Under the pieces are notes generated by a model that was given only the letters and a program-made list of their open reading frames with translations, made no database searches and was not told the DNA's origin. Made by a program: the position numbers and the translations under genes. Of a stretch of DNA of 64,000 nt, positions 19,827-29,613 are shown piece after piece (position 1 is the stretch's first letter; each line of letters opens with the position of its first letter). The stretch comes from Syntrophorhabdaceae bacterium (lineage in GTDB: Bacteria > Desulfobacterota > Syntrophorhabdia > Syntrophorhabdales > Syntrophorhabdaceae): the NCBI GenBank assembly GCA_963665295.1, contig OY762209.1, positions 2,848,001 through 2,912,000 of the forward strand, read 5' to 3'.

Positions 19827-21959
19827 GTGTTTGACAGGAACTGCCACACTGACCGGCACTCCCCGGCAAGGTCCATATCCCTGCCAACCAGCGTGCCTAC
19901 TCTCGACCTCCCTGGTTTTCTCCTGCTCCTCGTTCTTGCTTTCTTTCTTCTTACTTCACACATCGCCCCGGTCCTTGCGGACGATGATCCATTCATTTCC
20001 CCCGCGAATTGGGGAGGGACGGGGCTCATGGAGATTCCCACGGCAAGGGTAATGAAGGAAAATACATACAGGGTGGGGGCAGCGCAGGTGCGGCCTTACA
20101 GGTACTACTATCTCTGGTTGAGTCCCTTCAAGGGTTTTGAAATAGGCGGAAAGATTACCGAGATCATCGACGTGCCCGCCCTCGGTTCAGGATACGGCAA
20201 CTACAAGGACAAATCGACGGACCTCAAATACAGCCTCCTCGACGAAGGCATGTATGCGCCCGCCATTGCCATTGCGATAAACGACTTTCAGGGCAACAGG
20301 CTCTATGCGTCACAATCCATCGTGATGAGCAAACAAATATACCCTTTTGATTTCACTATAGGAATGGGAAACGGAAGGTTCGGGAAGACACCCTTGCCGA
20401 CGGCCGACGATACGTCCTTTCAGGCCGAGATATTTTCCAATCCGAGAAATTGGTTCCGTGACGCCCAGTTGTTCGGAGGCATCCAGTTCTCGCCGTCAGA
20501 CAAGTACAGCTTCATGGTTGAGTACAGCCCTATTCATTATGAAAGACAGATCCAGGACCCTGCCCAGCCGAAGTATTTCCTGTCTCCCGTTTCATCCCCC
20601 TTCAACTTTGGCTTCAGGTGGAAACCATTTACCTGGGGCGAGATCGATATCAGTTATCAACGGGGGAATGAGATCGGGATAAGCCTTTCAACTGTGTTCA
20701 ATATGGGGAAACCCTTCATCCCTATTTATGATGCACCCTATAACGAAAGAAAAGACGATAAGCTGAATCCCCTGGAAGCGCGATTAGAAAAAGCGCTCCG
20801 TGAGTCCGGCTTCAGGAATATAGGGATCAATGTGGAATGGGATAAGGTGAGCATAGAGGCCGAGAACATGAAGTATTACTATTCGAACAGGGCTATCGGG
20901 GTGATCCTGAGGCTTGTCTCCACGATTACACCCCGTCGCATCCGGAAAATCCAGATAGTCCTTACCCGGTATGGCATACCCCTCATGGAGTTCTCAGCAT
21001 TGAGGGAAGACCTGGAGGATCTCTATGCGGAGAAGCTTACCTGGGGTGACTTTCTGTTCCTGTCCACCATGGATACGAATGTGTATAAGCGCCCGGATGT
21101 GGTGATAAGGGACAAGAGATTCCTCGACTATGGTGTGAAGCCCGCCTTTGAGACGGTTGTTAATGATCAGGACCACTTCTTTATGTACAGGCTTGGCGCA
21201 GAGGGGTGGCTGAACTTTCACCCCTGGCAAGGTCTGTCCCTGATCGCCGCGCTCGCGGGTTATGCGATGAATGATATTAAGTCATCCACTCCTCCTCTTT
21301 CCGACGCGGTGAGAAGTGACATATTTCTCTACAAAGAAAAGAACATGAACCTGACGCGCCTCCTGGCCGACCAGATTTACAAGGCAGACCATCAGGTGTA
21401 TTCGAGACTGGCGGCAGGGCTTCTGGAGATCGAGTACGCGGGCTTTGATGGTGAGGTTGCGATGCCGCTCTTTAATGGCAGAATCCTTGTGGGTTTGGAG
21501 GGGAGTGCGGTAAGAAAACGGGACCCGGACAGTGCTCTGAAGCTGAAGGCCGACAACACGAAAGTGTATAATACACAGTTCTTCAATACCCGTCTCAATA
21601 TGCCTGAACTTAATATGTGGCTCGATGTGAAAACGGGGAGGTTTCTGGCGGGTGACTACGGGTCTGTTGTGACCCTGTCAAAGAGTATAAACGGCCTCAC
21701 CCTTTTTGCGTGGTACAGTTTTACGAATACCAACATGATGAGCGACCCCGACAATAGAGGATATAACGATAAGGGCATCGGCTTGTCGCTTCCCATGAGG
21801 CTCTTTGACGGAACCGACTCAAAGACAACGTACAATTACGCGGTCTCTCCATGGACAAGAGATGTTGCCCAGGATATCGATCACTTCAATGGCCTCTTTG
21901 ATTTCATCGGGAGAAACCTGAAAGTTTACTGGGACAGGGATGAGAAGGAAATGAAGTAA
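19827..21959 (+). CDS. yjbH: YjbH/GfcD-family outer-membrane exopolysaccharide protein
   Basis: WGGTGLMEIPTAR, YKDKSTDLK, GLLEIEYAG, GRFLAGDYG and PWTRDVAQ. The true start is probably downstream of 19827. Confidence 0.85.
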   Translation: MFDRNCHTDRHSPARSISLPTSVPTLDLPGFLLLLVLAFFLLTSHIAPVLADDDPFISPANWGGTGLMEIPTARVMKENTYRVGAAQVRPYRYYYLWLSPFKGFEIGGKITEIIDVPALGSGYGNYKDKSTDLKYSLLDEGMYAPAIAIAINDFQGNRLYASQSIVMSKQIYPFDFTIGMGNGRFGKTPLPTADDTSFQAEIFSNPRNWFRDAQLFGGIQFSPSDKYSFMVEYSPIHYERQIQDPAQPKYFLSPVSSPFNFGFRWKPFTWGEIDISYQRGNEIGISLSTVFNMGKPFIPIYDAPYNERKDDKLNPLEARLEKALRESGFRNIGINVEWDKVSIEAENMKYYYSNRAIGVILRLVSTITPRRIRKIQIVLTRYGIPLMEFSALREDLEDLYAEKLTWGDFLFLSTMDTNVYKRPDVVIRDKRFLDYGVKPAFETVVNDQDHFFMYRLGAEGWLNFHPWQGLSLIAALAGYAMNDIKSSTPPLSDAVRSDIFLYKEKNMNLTRLLADQIYKADHQVYSRLAAGLLEIEYAGFDGEVAMPLFNGRILVGLEGSAVRKRDPDSALKLKADNTKVYNTQFFNTRLNMPELNMWLDVKTGRFLAGDYGSVVTLSKSINGLTLFAWYSFTNTNMMSDPDNRGYNDKGIGLSLPMRLFDGTDSKTTYNYAVSPWTRDVAQDIDHFNGLFDFIGRNLKVYWDRDEKEMK

Positions 21960-22073
21960 GAGATATCCGGGGAGGGACACGGAAGGCACCGGAGGCATGC
22001 TTGCCGCCTGCAATTTCGAGAATGATTGATACATACGTGATTTATCGATAGCCATGGAGAAAGGTTCACGTAG

Positions 22074-23306
22074 TTGAACAGAGAGCAGGCAGATCGACTA
22101 TTGCTGACTTGTCTAAGAGCGGACAGGCGGGACGAGACGATCCGTGCCTTGAGTACTTTGGCTGAGAACGACTGGGAAAGTCTGCTTGGCGCAGCCCGAC
22201 GCCATGGGCTTTCCCCTTTGTTTTATGATGCGCTACGACCAGCAAAGGCCCATCTCGTTCTCCCGGTCGGCATCGAGGAACGGCTGAAAAGGGCCTATCT
22301 GGGTTCAGCTGCACGGAACATGCGACTATATCGGGAATTGTCGCATGTTCTGCGAGGCTTGAATGATGAAGACATCCCCGTCATCCTCCTAAAAGGTGCA
22401 CATCTCGCAGAGGGGGTGTATGGCAACATCGCCCTCAGACCCATGGGGGATGTGGACATCCTGGTGAAAAAAAGCAATCTGGAAAGAGCCGGCGACGTAC
22501 TGATCGGACATGGCTATACCGACGTGCCGCTGGGGGTGGGCGTACCGAAGCCCCCCCAGCATCTCGCCCCTTTTGTGAAAAAAGGTGAACCCGCGATTGA
22601 GCTTCACTTCAACATCATCGAACCTCCCTATGCCCTCCGATTTGATATGGAAGGAATATGGAGCCGAGCCTCGAAGGTGTCGGTCCTCGGGACTCAGGCA
22701 CTTGTTCTGTGTCCCGAGGACCTGTTGATTCACCTGGGGACCCATGCCTGCATAAGTCACGGGTTTAATAATGGCATAAGGTTTCTCCTCGATATATCCC
22801 GAACAATCTCCCGTTACGAAAAGGAACTTCGCTGGGAACAATTGTTGAGCCAGAGTAATGATTGGGGCATAGACAGAGGCCTTTACCTTGCTTTCAGGCT
22901 CTCCGCCAAATATACAGGCATAACTGTTCCTGAACATGTCATGAATAGGCTGTTTCCTTCATGCGATGACGCAGATGCAGTCGCCCTCGCCGAGGAATTG
23001 ATGCTTGGAGAGACTACGGTAAACCCCAACGTCGCCAAACTTTTCGGCAACCAGGACTTCTCCGGCAAGCTGATCTACCTCGCCCGTAACGTCTTTCCGT
23101 CAAAGGCAGAGATAGATCCTCTATCGACAGACAAATTGACATGGCCCGCTCTCTGTAAATTCTACTATTGTCGCATTACGGGGCTTGTTGAAAGGCATTG
23201 GGAAACCGTATGGCACCTTTTCGTACGGGACAAGAAACTCACCGGACTAGCACAGATTGAACACAAAAGGAATCAGCTCAAGGACTGGCTGGTCAAGGAC
23301 ACCTGA
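22074..23306 (+). CDS. Nucleotidyltransferase family protein (NTP_transf_5-like)
   Basis: ILLKGAHLA, RPMGDVDILV, IELH and HLGTH motifs. Confidence 0.85.
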   Translation: MNREQADRLLLTCLRADRRDETIRALSTLAENDWESLLGAARRHGLSPLFYDALRPAKAHLVLPVGIEERLKRAYLGSAARNMRLYRELSHVLRGLNDEDIPVILLKGAHLAEGVYGNIALRPMGDVDILVKKSNLERAGDVLIGHGYTDVPLGVGVPKPPQHLAPFVKKGEPAIELHFNIIEPPYALRFDMEGIWSRASKVSVLGTQALVLCPEDLLIHLGTHACISHGFNNGIRFLLDISRTISRYEKELRWEQLLSQSNDWGIDRGLYLAFRLSAKYTGITVPEHVMNRLFPSCDDADAVALAEELMLGETTVNPNVAKLFGNQDFSGKLIYLARNVFPSKAEIDPLSTDKLTWPALCKFYYCRITGLVERHWETVWHLFVRDKKLTGLAQIEHKRNQLKDWLVKDT

Positions 23307-23449
23307 CTTTGTGTGCGGACGGGCAGAGCCCCGCAGGGGACCGGAGAGGCTCGGTTGCCATGATGATTTCTCTGGAAAAGACGGCTGGGAAAAGGTTATA
23401 ATGACCCACTTTAATGCGCCCATCCCGGCGCGAAGAGGAGGTGTTCCCC

Positions 23450-24160
23450 ATGGACATAAGGGCTATACAGCAGATCTGTTACGGGGTCTACATTATCAGT
23501 TCGAGGAAAGGCGATAGGTTCAACGGCCAGATTGCGAACACCGTGTTCCAGATTACGTCGGACCCCCCCACAGTGGCGGTGAGCGTAAACAAGCAGAACC
23601 TGACCCACGATTTCATTGAGAACAGTAAAGTTTTCTCCATTTCTGTTCTGTCTAAAGAAACACCCATGCCCTTCATCGGTCTTTTCGGCTTCAAATCAGG
23701 CAGGGAAATCGACAAATTCAGCGGCATGAATTTCCGGGTGGGTGATACGGGCGCGCCGATTGTGCTTGACAATACCGCAGGTTATATGGAGTGCGAGGTC
23801 GTGAGTTCGAGCGACGTGGGAACCCATACGATTTTTGTGGGGAGAGTAGTGGGTTGTGAAATGCTTAGCGATGTTCCGCCCATGACATATGCCTATTACC
23901 GCGAAATTAAAGGCGGAAAATCTCCGAAGACCGCCCCTACCTACGTGGCGACCGCCGGCTCGACAGAGAAGGCCGGGACATCCGGTGAACCGGAAAAGGC
24001 GGCGGTTTCGTACAGGTGCACCGTATGTGGATATGTCTATGACCCCGCAGCGGGTGATCCGGACAACGGCATCAAGGCGGGTACGCCATTTGAAGAACTG
24101 CCCGATACATGGGTATGCCCGGTCTGCGGCGCCCCGAAGGCGGAATTCGAAAGAACATAA
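23450..24160 (+). CDS. Flavin reductase-rubredoxin fusion (high-molecular-weight rubredoxin)
   Basis: FGFKSGR and GTHTIFVG flavin-reductase domain; C-terminal CTVCGY...[15 protein letters not shown] before ATG 23450. Confidence 0.9.
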   Translation: MDIRAIQQICYGVYIISSRKGDRFNGQIANTVFQITSDPPTVAVSVNKQNLTHDFIENSKVFSISVLSKETPMPFIGLFGFKSGREIDKFSGMNFRVGDTGAPIVLDNTAGYMECEVVSSSDVGTHTIFVGRVVGCEMLSDVPPMTYAYYREIKGGKSPKTAPTYVATAGSTEKAGTSGEPEKAAVSYRCTVCGYVYDPAAGDPDNGIKAGTPFEELPDTWVCPVCGAPKAEFERT

Positions 24161-24174
24161 GGGGGCGAGGGAAT

Positions 24175-25068
24175 ATGACTAAAGCGCTTTCACAGACCGA
24201 TTTCACGGATATAGGTGTTCCGAAAAGGGGTAAGGTAAGAGACATATACGATCTCGGCGACTCTCTCCTGATCATAGCGACCGACAGGCTGTCGGCTTTT
24301 GATGTGGTCCTCCCTACGGGGATTGAGGACAAGGGCAAAGTCCTTACGAAGCTTTCCGTATTCTGGTTCCGGGAAATGGAAAGCGTCATCGGGAACCACC
24401 TTCTTGAAATCTCGGTGGACCGTTTCCCAGAGCGCCTCAGGAAATACGGTGATGTGCTCAGGGACAGGAGTATGATTGTGAAGAAGGCGAAACCTTTCCC
24501 GGTGGAATGCGTGGTGAGGGGTTATCTTGCAGGATCGGGCTGGAAGGACTACCGTGAGACGGGGGCCGTGTGCGGAATAACGCTGCCCGAGGGACTACTC
24601 GAATCCTCGAAGCTTGCGGAGCCTATTTTTACTCCCACCACAAAGGCTGAGGAAGGCCATGACATGAATATTTCCTTCGAGGAAATGTGCCGTATCATAG
24701 GTGAAGATTTCGCAGCCAGACTACGGGATGTGAGCGTCAGGATTTACGAGAGGGCGTCTGCCGTCGCAGAGGAGCGCGGAATTATCGTGGCGGACACCAA
24801 ATTTGAATTTGGTCTCCTCGATGAAGAACTCATAGTGATAGACGAGGTGCTGACCCCGGATTCATCGCGGTTCTGGGCCAGGGCGACCTATGAGCCGGGC
24901 AAGGGGCAGGACAGCTATGATAAACAAATCGTTCGGGATTATCTGAACACCCTGGACTGGGACAAGCAGTATCCCGGACCTGAGTTGCCCCGGGACGTGG
25001 TCGACAAGACCAGAGCCAGGTATGTTGAGATTCTGCGGATATTGACAGGCGAGGGCGTTGAGGGCTGA
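24175..25068 (+). CDS. purC: SAICAR synthase
   Basis: GKVRDIY, ATDRLSAFD, ECVVRGYLAGSGW, ADTKFEFG and DEVLTPDSSRFW. Confidence 0.96.
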   Translation: MTKALSQTDFTDIGVPKRGKVRDIYDLGDSLLIIATDRLSAFDVVLPTGIEDKGKVLTKLSVFWFREMESVIGNHLLEISVDRFPERLRKYGDVLRDRSMIVKKAKPFPVECVVRGYLAGSGWKDYRETGAVCGITLPEGLLESSKLAEPIFTPTTKAEEGHDMNISFEEMCRIIGEDFAARLRDVSVRIYERASAVAEERGIIVADTKFEFGLLDEELIVIDEVLTPDSSRFWARATYEPGKGQDSYDKQIVRDYLNTLDWDKQYPGPELPRDVVDKTRARYVEILRILTGEGVEG

Positions 25069-25079
25069 CGAGATTCCTG

Positions 25080-25108
25080 TTGAAATAGGCGCCAAAAATC
25101 GCTATAAT
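25080..25108 (+). promoter_or_regulatory. Sigma70-type promoter of tRNA-Arg
   Basis: TTGAAA-N17-TATAAT ending 12 nt before the tRNA. Confidence 0.75.
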
Positions 25109-25120
25109 CATAACCATCGT

Positions 25121-25194
25121 GCCCCCGTAGCTCAGGTGGATAGAGCAATGGTTTCCTAAACCATGTGCCGCATGTTCGAGTCATGCCGGGGGCA
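25121..25194 (+). tRNA. tRNA-Arg(CCT), CCA not encoded
   Basis: Acceptor stem GCCCCCG/CGGGGGC, D-arm, anticodon arm ATGGT-TTCCTAA-ACCAT and T-loop GTTCGAG. Confidence 0.95.
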
Positions 25195-25387
25195 TATTTC
25201 ACTTGTTTGATGGTGTAGCGTGGTTTTTAATGATGTGTTTCAATCCAGAGTGCTTTACTTGGAGAAGCGGTTGTCGCAAGCGGTATTATCTAAAAAATTA
25301 GCTTGACAAAGGGTGGCGTTTCGGTTTACTTAATTGACGTACTTAGTGCAGTCTCAGCTCTAGAACCATACAAAGGAGGAGTAAAAA

Positions 25388-25696
25388 ATGTTTAAGACTT
25401 TTGGGGGGAACAGAATTATCGGGTTGGTCGCAATCATTTTTTTCGCAGCGGTATTTATAGTCCCTTCAGTGGGTTTTGCGGCTGACGACAAAGACGACGA
25501 CAATAAAAAAGCAGCTGCAGTGGGGGCAGTGGGCACCACGGGCGCGGCAGCAGGCGTCGGTGCGGCAGCAGGCGTCGGTGCGGGTACGATCGCGGGTGTT
25601 GCCGCAGGCGTAGCGGCGGTTGCGGCAGGCGTAGCGGCGGCAGCAGGTGGTGGCGGTGGTGGCGGTGGTGGCATAACCCCTACGCATCATCACTAA
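25388..25696 (+). CDS. Small secreted Ala/Gly-rich protein, YjbE/GfcA-like architecture
   Basis: AGGAGGAG SD, signal peptide, AAAGVG repeats, a hydrophobic GVAA segment, Gly8 and a TPTHHH end; upstream TTGACA at 25303. Confidence 0.75.
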   Translation: MFKTFGGNRIIGLVAIIFFAAVFIVPSVGFAADDKDDDNKKAAAVGAVGTTGAAAGVGAAAGVGAGTIAGVAAGVAAVAAGVAAAAGGGGGGGGGITPTHHH

Positions 25697-25717
25697 GATT
25701 TATTACCTCGAAAAATC

Positions 25718-25752
25718 AGGCTGGAAGGGTCACCTTCCAGCCTTAGCTTTTT
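25718..25752 (+). terminator. Probable intrinsic terminator/hairpin
   Basis: Perfect 11-bp stem AGGCTGGAAGG-gtca-CCTTCCAGCCT followed by tagcttttt. Confidence 0.65.
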
Positions 25753-26271
25753 ATGAAAAAGGAGATCCTTATCAAAGTCTTAGCTATATTCCTGCTTGTG
25801 TTGTCTTTGTGCGGGAGCGTTCATGCCGCCGGGCCCGATCCGGAGGTGGAGATGATTCTCAGTTCCGCTGAGTCACTCTTCAAGGCGATGAAAGCTAGGA
25901 ACTACAAGGGGGTCTGGGACCTGCTGACAGTTAAATCCAAGGACGAAATAGTCAAAGAGAGCTACAAAGCGATAGCCCGGTTCAATGCTGCGGCGAAATC
26001 GGGGAACTCTGTTTCGAAGGCGGAGATTGAGGCGGACCTTGGATCGGGCGGGATAATGTCGAAGGCGTACTGGGATGGATATCTCGAGAATTTCAACCCT
26101 GATCTGGTGCTGGAACAGAGCACATGGACCATGGGCAAGATCGAGGGGAACGAGGCCGAAGTGGTGATTCACTACAAGAAGGCCGAAAAGCCTGCACTTG
26201 TACAGATGAAGAAAGAAGGCGGAAAGTGGAAAGTGGGCCTTATGGAGACTTTCAGCTTTTCCAGGCGTTGA
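25753..26271 (+). CDS. Exported hypothetical protein (possibly NTF2-like)
   Basis: Signal peptide ending VHA; 'IEGNEAEV...MKKEGGKWKV' pattern. Confidence 0.7.
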   Translation: MKKEILIKVLAIFLLVLSLCGSVHAAGPDPEVEMILSSAESLFKAMKARNYKGVWDLLTVKSKDEIVKESYKAIARFNAAAKSGNSVSKAEIEADLGSGGIMSKAYWDGYLENFNPDLVLEQSTWTMGKIEGNEAEVVIHYKKAEKPALVQMKKEGGKWKVGLMETFSFSRR

Positions 26272-26346
26272 TTTGACCGATCCGCGTACCGTGGGCCGCG
26301 AGGACCGTCGGTGACGTGAGGCGGTCGTTTTGGGGGCTTTGTAAAC

Positions 26347-26622
26347 TCACAGTGTCATGAGCACAAGCTCATGGCAGTTGAGTTCCTCGTATATAGTGTC
26401 CAACTGGCTGCGACTCCGGGCAAGAAAGGTGGCGGTTACGGAGAGATACCTGCCTCCGGAACTGGTCCGGGTAAAGTATTTCACCTCGTCGGTTTCAGCA
26501 AGGTGTTTTTCAATTATTGCGCTCACCACCGCGTGAAACTCGTTCGTGTTTTTTCCTACCGCCTTGAGGGGGTATGGGCAGGGAAACCGGAAGGGTCCCG
26601 CATCATCCTTCATCGCACTCAC
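26347..26622 (-). CDS. DUF493/YbeD family protein
   Basis: FPCPYPLKAVG, SSGGRYLSVT, IYEEL and VLMTL end. Confidence 0.85.
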   Translation of the reverse strand: MSAMKDDAGPFRFPCPYPLKAVGKNTNEFHAVVSAIIEKHLAETDEVKYFTRTSSGGRYLSVTATFLARSRSQLDTIYEELNCHELVLMTL

Positions 26623-26876
26623 CCTATTCGACCTTCCGTATCGCCAATCGGTTCAGCCATCTCATGTTGCTTCCTTCTCCTCGTACTCATTCCCTTATGG
26701 TGCAGCAGGAATGTAATAGCATACTCCATCAGAAGTGAATGTCAAGGGTGACCGGCTCCCTGCATAGAGAAGCATCCGGGCATCGCATTTTTCCTTTTGT
26801 AAATTTGCGACGCATGGTGTATCCTGCAATTCTAGAAGGGGAATAAGAGAGGCTCTCGACAAAAACGGGGTGAACC

Positions 26877-28175
26877 ATGAATAAGGACAGACAGGGTGGT
26901 CGTTTCTTCTATGGTTGGTACATTGTAGCTGCTTCTTTCATGATCCTTTTTTTCAACTCAGGGGCCCGGTACGCCTTCGGGGTGATGTTCAAGCCGATAG
27001 TCAATGAATTCGGCTGGGGACGCGGAGTCGTTTCATTGGTCTTTTTTGTAAACATGGTGGTATTCGCCATTTCTCTCTTTGTTGTGGGTAAACTTTATGA
27101 CAGGTATGGTCCCAAGTGGGTCATCATCATATCGACTCTGTTCATCTCCGCAGGCTTCGTGCTCACCTCATTCATGCATAGCATTGGTCAATTCTTCTTC
27201 TCTTACGGGATTCTGGCAGCCTTCGGCATCGCAGGGACCGCGGTGCCTCTCATGGCAACCCTTACGAGTAAGTGGTTCGATAAATGGCGCGGCATGGCGA
27301 TCAGCCTCTCTTTGTCGGGAAACTCCATAGGTCAGTTCGTTCTTGTTCCGCTCATGAGTCTCTTTGCCCTCAACTTCGGATGGAGGGCTTCCTATCTCAC
27401 CATCGGGATCGTCATGGCGGTGGTGAATATACTTCTCACTCTACTCATTATCAAGGGAGACCCCCGCCACCTGGGTCTGAAACCTTTTGGCTACAAGGAA
27501 AGGGAGAACCCGGAAAATGTGACGAAAGGGCCGGCACCGACCGCGGGCGCATATCCGGAGGACATGGGGCTGAGGCAGGCGATGGGCACCCCCTCCTTCT
27601 GGATATTCACGGGGGTCATGTTTATTTGCGGGGGAGGCGACTACGTGGCGACCACTCACTTGATACCGCTGGCTACGGATTACGGCATCCCCGCCATCAC
27701 TGCGGGGAATATGCTGGGTTTATACGGCCTCATGAGCCTTGCGGGCGTGCTCATCGCCGGCCCCGCGGCAGACATGATCGGGAATAAGATCCCCATAATC
27801 CTCACGTTCGTTCTCAGGGTTGTTCTGTACCTGATCATCCTCAAATACAAGACTGTGACGGCCCTGTACGTATTTGCCCTGGCATTCGGTTTCACTCACC
27901 TGGTGACTGCTCCTCTCACGCCTATGCTTGTAGGCAAGCTCTATGGGGTCATGCACCTGGGAATTCTCACGGGTATTGTGAATACGTCCCATTTTCTGGG
28001 CGCAGGTTTCTGGTCCTACATGGCGGGGGTTATTTTCGACCTCACAGGCAGCTATCAGATGGCTTTCGTCCTTCTTGCGGTTATGGCGCTGATCGCAGCC
28101 CTGGCAATGATTTTCCTCAAAGAGAAGCGGCATGTAATTCCCTTGAGGCCGGTAAGACAGGGACAGGAGGCGTAA
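26877..28175 (+). CDS. MFS transporter
   Basis: FFYGWYIV, GKLYDRYGPK (motif A), and 12 TMs in two halves. Confidence 0.92.
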   Translation: MNKDRQGGRFFYGWYIVAASFMILFFNSGARYAFGVMFKPIVNEFGWGRGVVSLVFFVNMVVFAISLFVVGKLYDRYGPKWVIIISTLFISAGFVLTSFMHSIGQFFFSYGILAAFGIAGTAVPLMATLTSKWFDKWRGMAISLSLSGNSIGQFVLVPLMSLFALNFGWRASYLTIGIVMAVVNILLTLLIIKGDPRHLGLKPFGYKERENPENVTKGPAPTAGAYPEDMGLRQAMGTPSFWIFTGVMFICGGGDYVATTHLIPLATDYGIPAITAGNMLGLYGLMSLAGVLIAGPAADMIGNKIPIILTFVLRVVLYLIILKYKTVTALYVFALAFGFTHLVTAPLTPMLVGKLYGVMHLGILTGIVNTSHFLGAGFWSYMAGVIFDLTGSYQMAFVLLAVMALIAALAMIFLKEKRHVIPLRPVRQGQEA

Positions 28176-28176
28176 G

Positions 28177-29613
28177 CTACGCGTGCCCCGCCATGGTCAG
28201 GATCATGGCGACCAGGGTATCGGGGAATATACCCCACCAGACGACGAGAAATGCGAGGATGCACACGATAAGTGAGTCTGCAAGGGGCAGCCGGGCAAGG
28301 CCTCCCGGCCCGTGTTCCGGCGAAGGGGCAAGTACGGCCGTGATTACCCGCAAGTAATAGAAGAGGCCCACCACGCTGTTTATCACCAGGGCCGTCGCGA
28401 GCAGCAACAGATCCGACCCGATGCCTGTAGTCAGCATCAGGAATTTCCCCATGAACCCCGCGGTAAGGGGCATTCCCGCCAGAGAGAGGAGCATGAGGGT
28501 CATGACAACGGCGAGCCATGGCCGTGAGGAGAAAAGGCCCTGATAGTCTCTTATCGAGTCCGCATCGCGGCCTTCCCGCGACATGAGCGACATGACCCCG
28601 AAGATGCCGATGGTTGCGATGAAGTACTGGGCGAGATAGAAGAGCACGGCGCCGGTGCGCAGTGTCCCTGCGGAAAGAAACGCCACCATCATGTATCCGA
28701 AATGGGCGATGGAGGAGTAAGCGAGGAGACGTTTCACGTTGTCCTGAAGAAGGGCGAGGAGGTTGCCGAAGCACATGGAGACTACGGCTATGATGCTGAA
28801 AATGGTGAAGAGGGATGTCTCGTAAAGCAGGGTGGTGTCCGCGAAGTACCTGAGAAGCAAGGCAAATACCGCGCCTTTGGCTACGGTGGCCAGAAACGCC
28901 GTTACAGGGGCGGGCGCTCCCTCGTAGACATCGGGTGTCCACATGTGGAAGGGCACAAAGGCGAGCTTAAAGCCTACACCTGTAACCAGCATGATCGTTC
29001 CTGTCCAGAGGGTGGGGTCGGCCTGAAAAGCCGGCAGGCGGGCAGCGATCTCGGGGAATTCCATAGTGCCGAGCCGGGCATAGATCAGCGCCATTCCGAA
29101 AAGGAGAAACGAGAAAGCCACGGCGGAGAGAACCAGATACTTTATACTTGCCTCTATGTGTTTACGTCCGGTGAGAGGATAGGCGATAAGTGCATAGAGA
29201 GGGATCGTTTGGGTTTCAAGACCCATAACGAAGGAGGCGAAATGGCTGCTTGAAGTGAGCACCATGGAGCCGAGGGTCGCCAGGAGAAGAAGGACGTAGA
29301 ACTCCTCAGGACGTCCTGTGCGTGTTTCCAGGTAGCCATAGGAGAGTACTGCCACGGCGAACGCAGCTCCAAGCACTATGATCATACAAAAAAGGGCGTA
29401 GTCATCCACCACGAGTTGGGGTGTGACCTGACGGAGGAGGAGCAACTCCGAGGACGCGGGGATGATGGCGAGAAATGCGCACGTCATACCCGTCAGGGTG
29501 AGGGCCAGGGTTCGCACGTGACTTCTTTTCCCCGCAATGGTGAGTAAGACCAGGACCAGGGTGGCCGCGATTACCATGAATGGAAGGAGGAGGATGAGGC
29601 TAGAGCGAGTCAC
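28177..29613 (-). CDS. nuoN: NADH-quinone oxidoreductase subunit N
   Basis: EASIKY, FKLAFVPFHMWTPDVYEGAP and KRLLAYSSIAH; GTG 29613 follows GGAGG. Confidence 0.93.
   Translation of the reverse strand: MTRSSLILLLPFMVIAATLVLVLLTIAGKRSHVRTLALTLTGMTCAFLAIIPASSELLLLRQVTPQLVVDDYALFCMIIVLGAAFAVAVLSYGYLETRTGRPEEFYVLLLLATLGSMVLTSSSHFASFVMGLETQTIPLYALIAYPLTGRKHIEASIKYLVLSAVAFSFLLFGMALIYARLGTMEFPEIAARLPAFQADPTLWTGTIMLVTGVGFKLAFVPFHMWTPDVYEGAPAPVTAFLATVAKGAVFALLLRYFADTTLLYETSLFTIFSIIAVVSMCFGNLLALLQDNVKRLLAYSSIAHFGYMMVAFLSAGTLRTGAVLFYLAQYFIATIGIFGVMSLMSREGRDADSIRDYQGLFSSRPWLAVVMTLMLLSLAGMPLTAGFMGKFLMLTTGIGSDLLLLATALVINSVVGLFYYLRVITAVLAPSPEHGPGGLARLPLADSLIVCILAFLVVWWGIFPDTLVAMILTMAGHA

Noticed and set aside
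25121..25194. tRNA-Arg or tRNA-Ser as an island integration site
   Set aside because: No integrase and no duplicated tRNA 3' end was noticed in the window.
25360..25674. Pro/Ala-rich minus-strand ORF
   Set aside because: Mirror of the Gly/Ala repeats; the plus-strand ORF has the SD, signal peptide and terminator.
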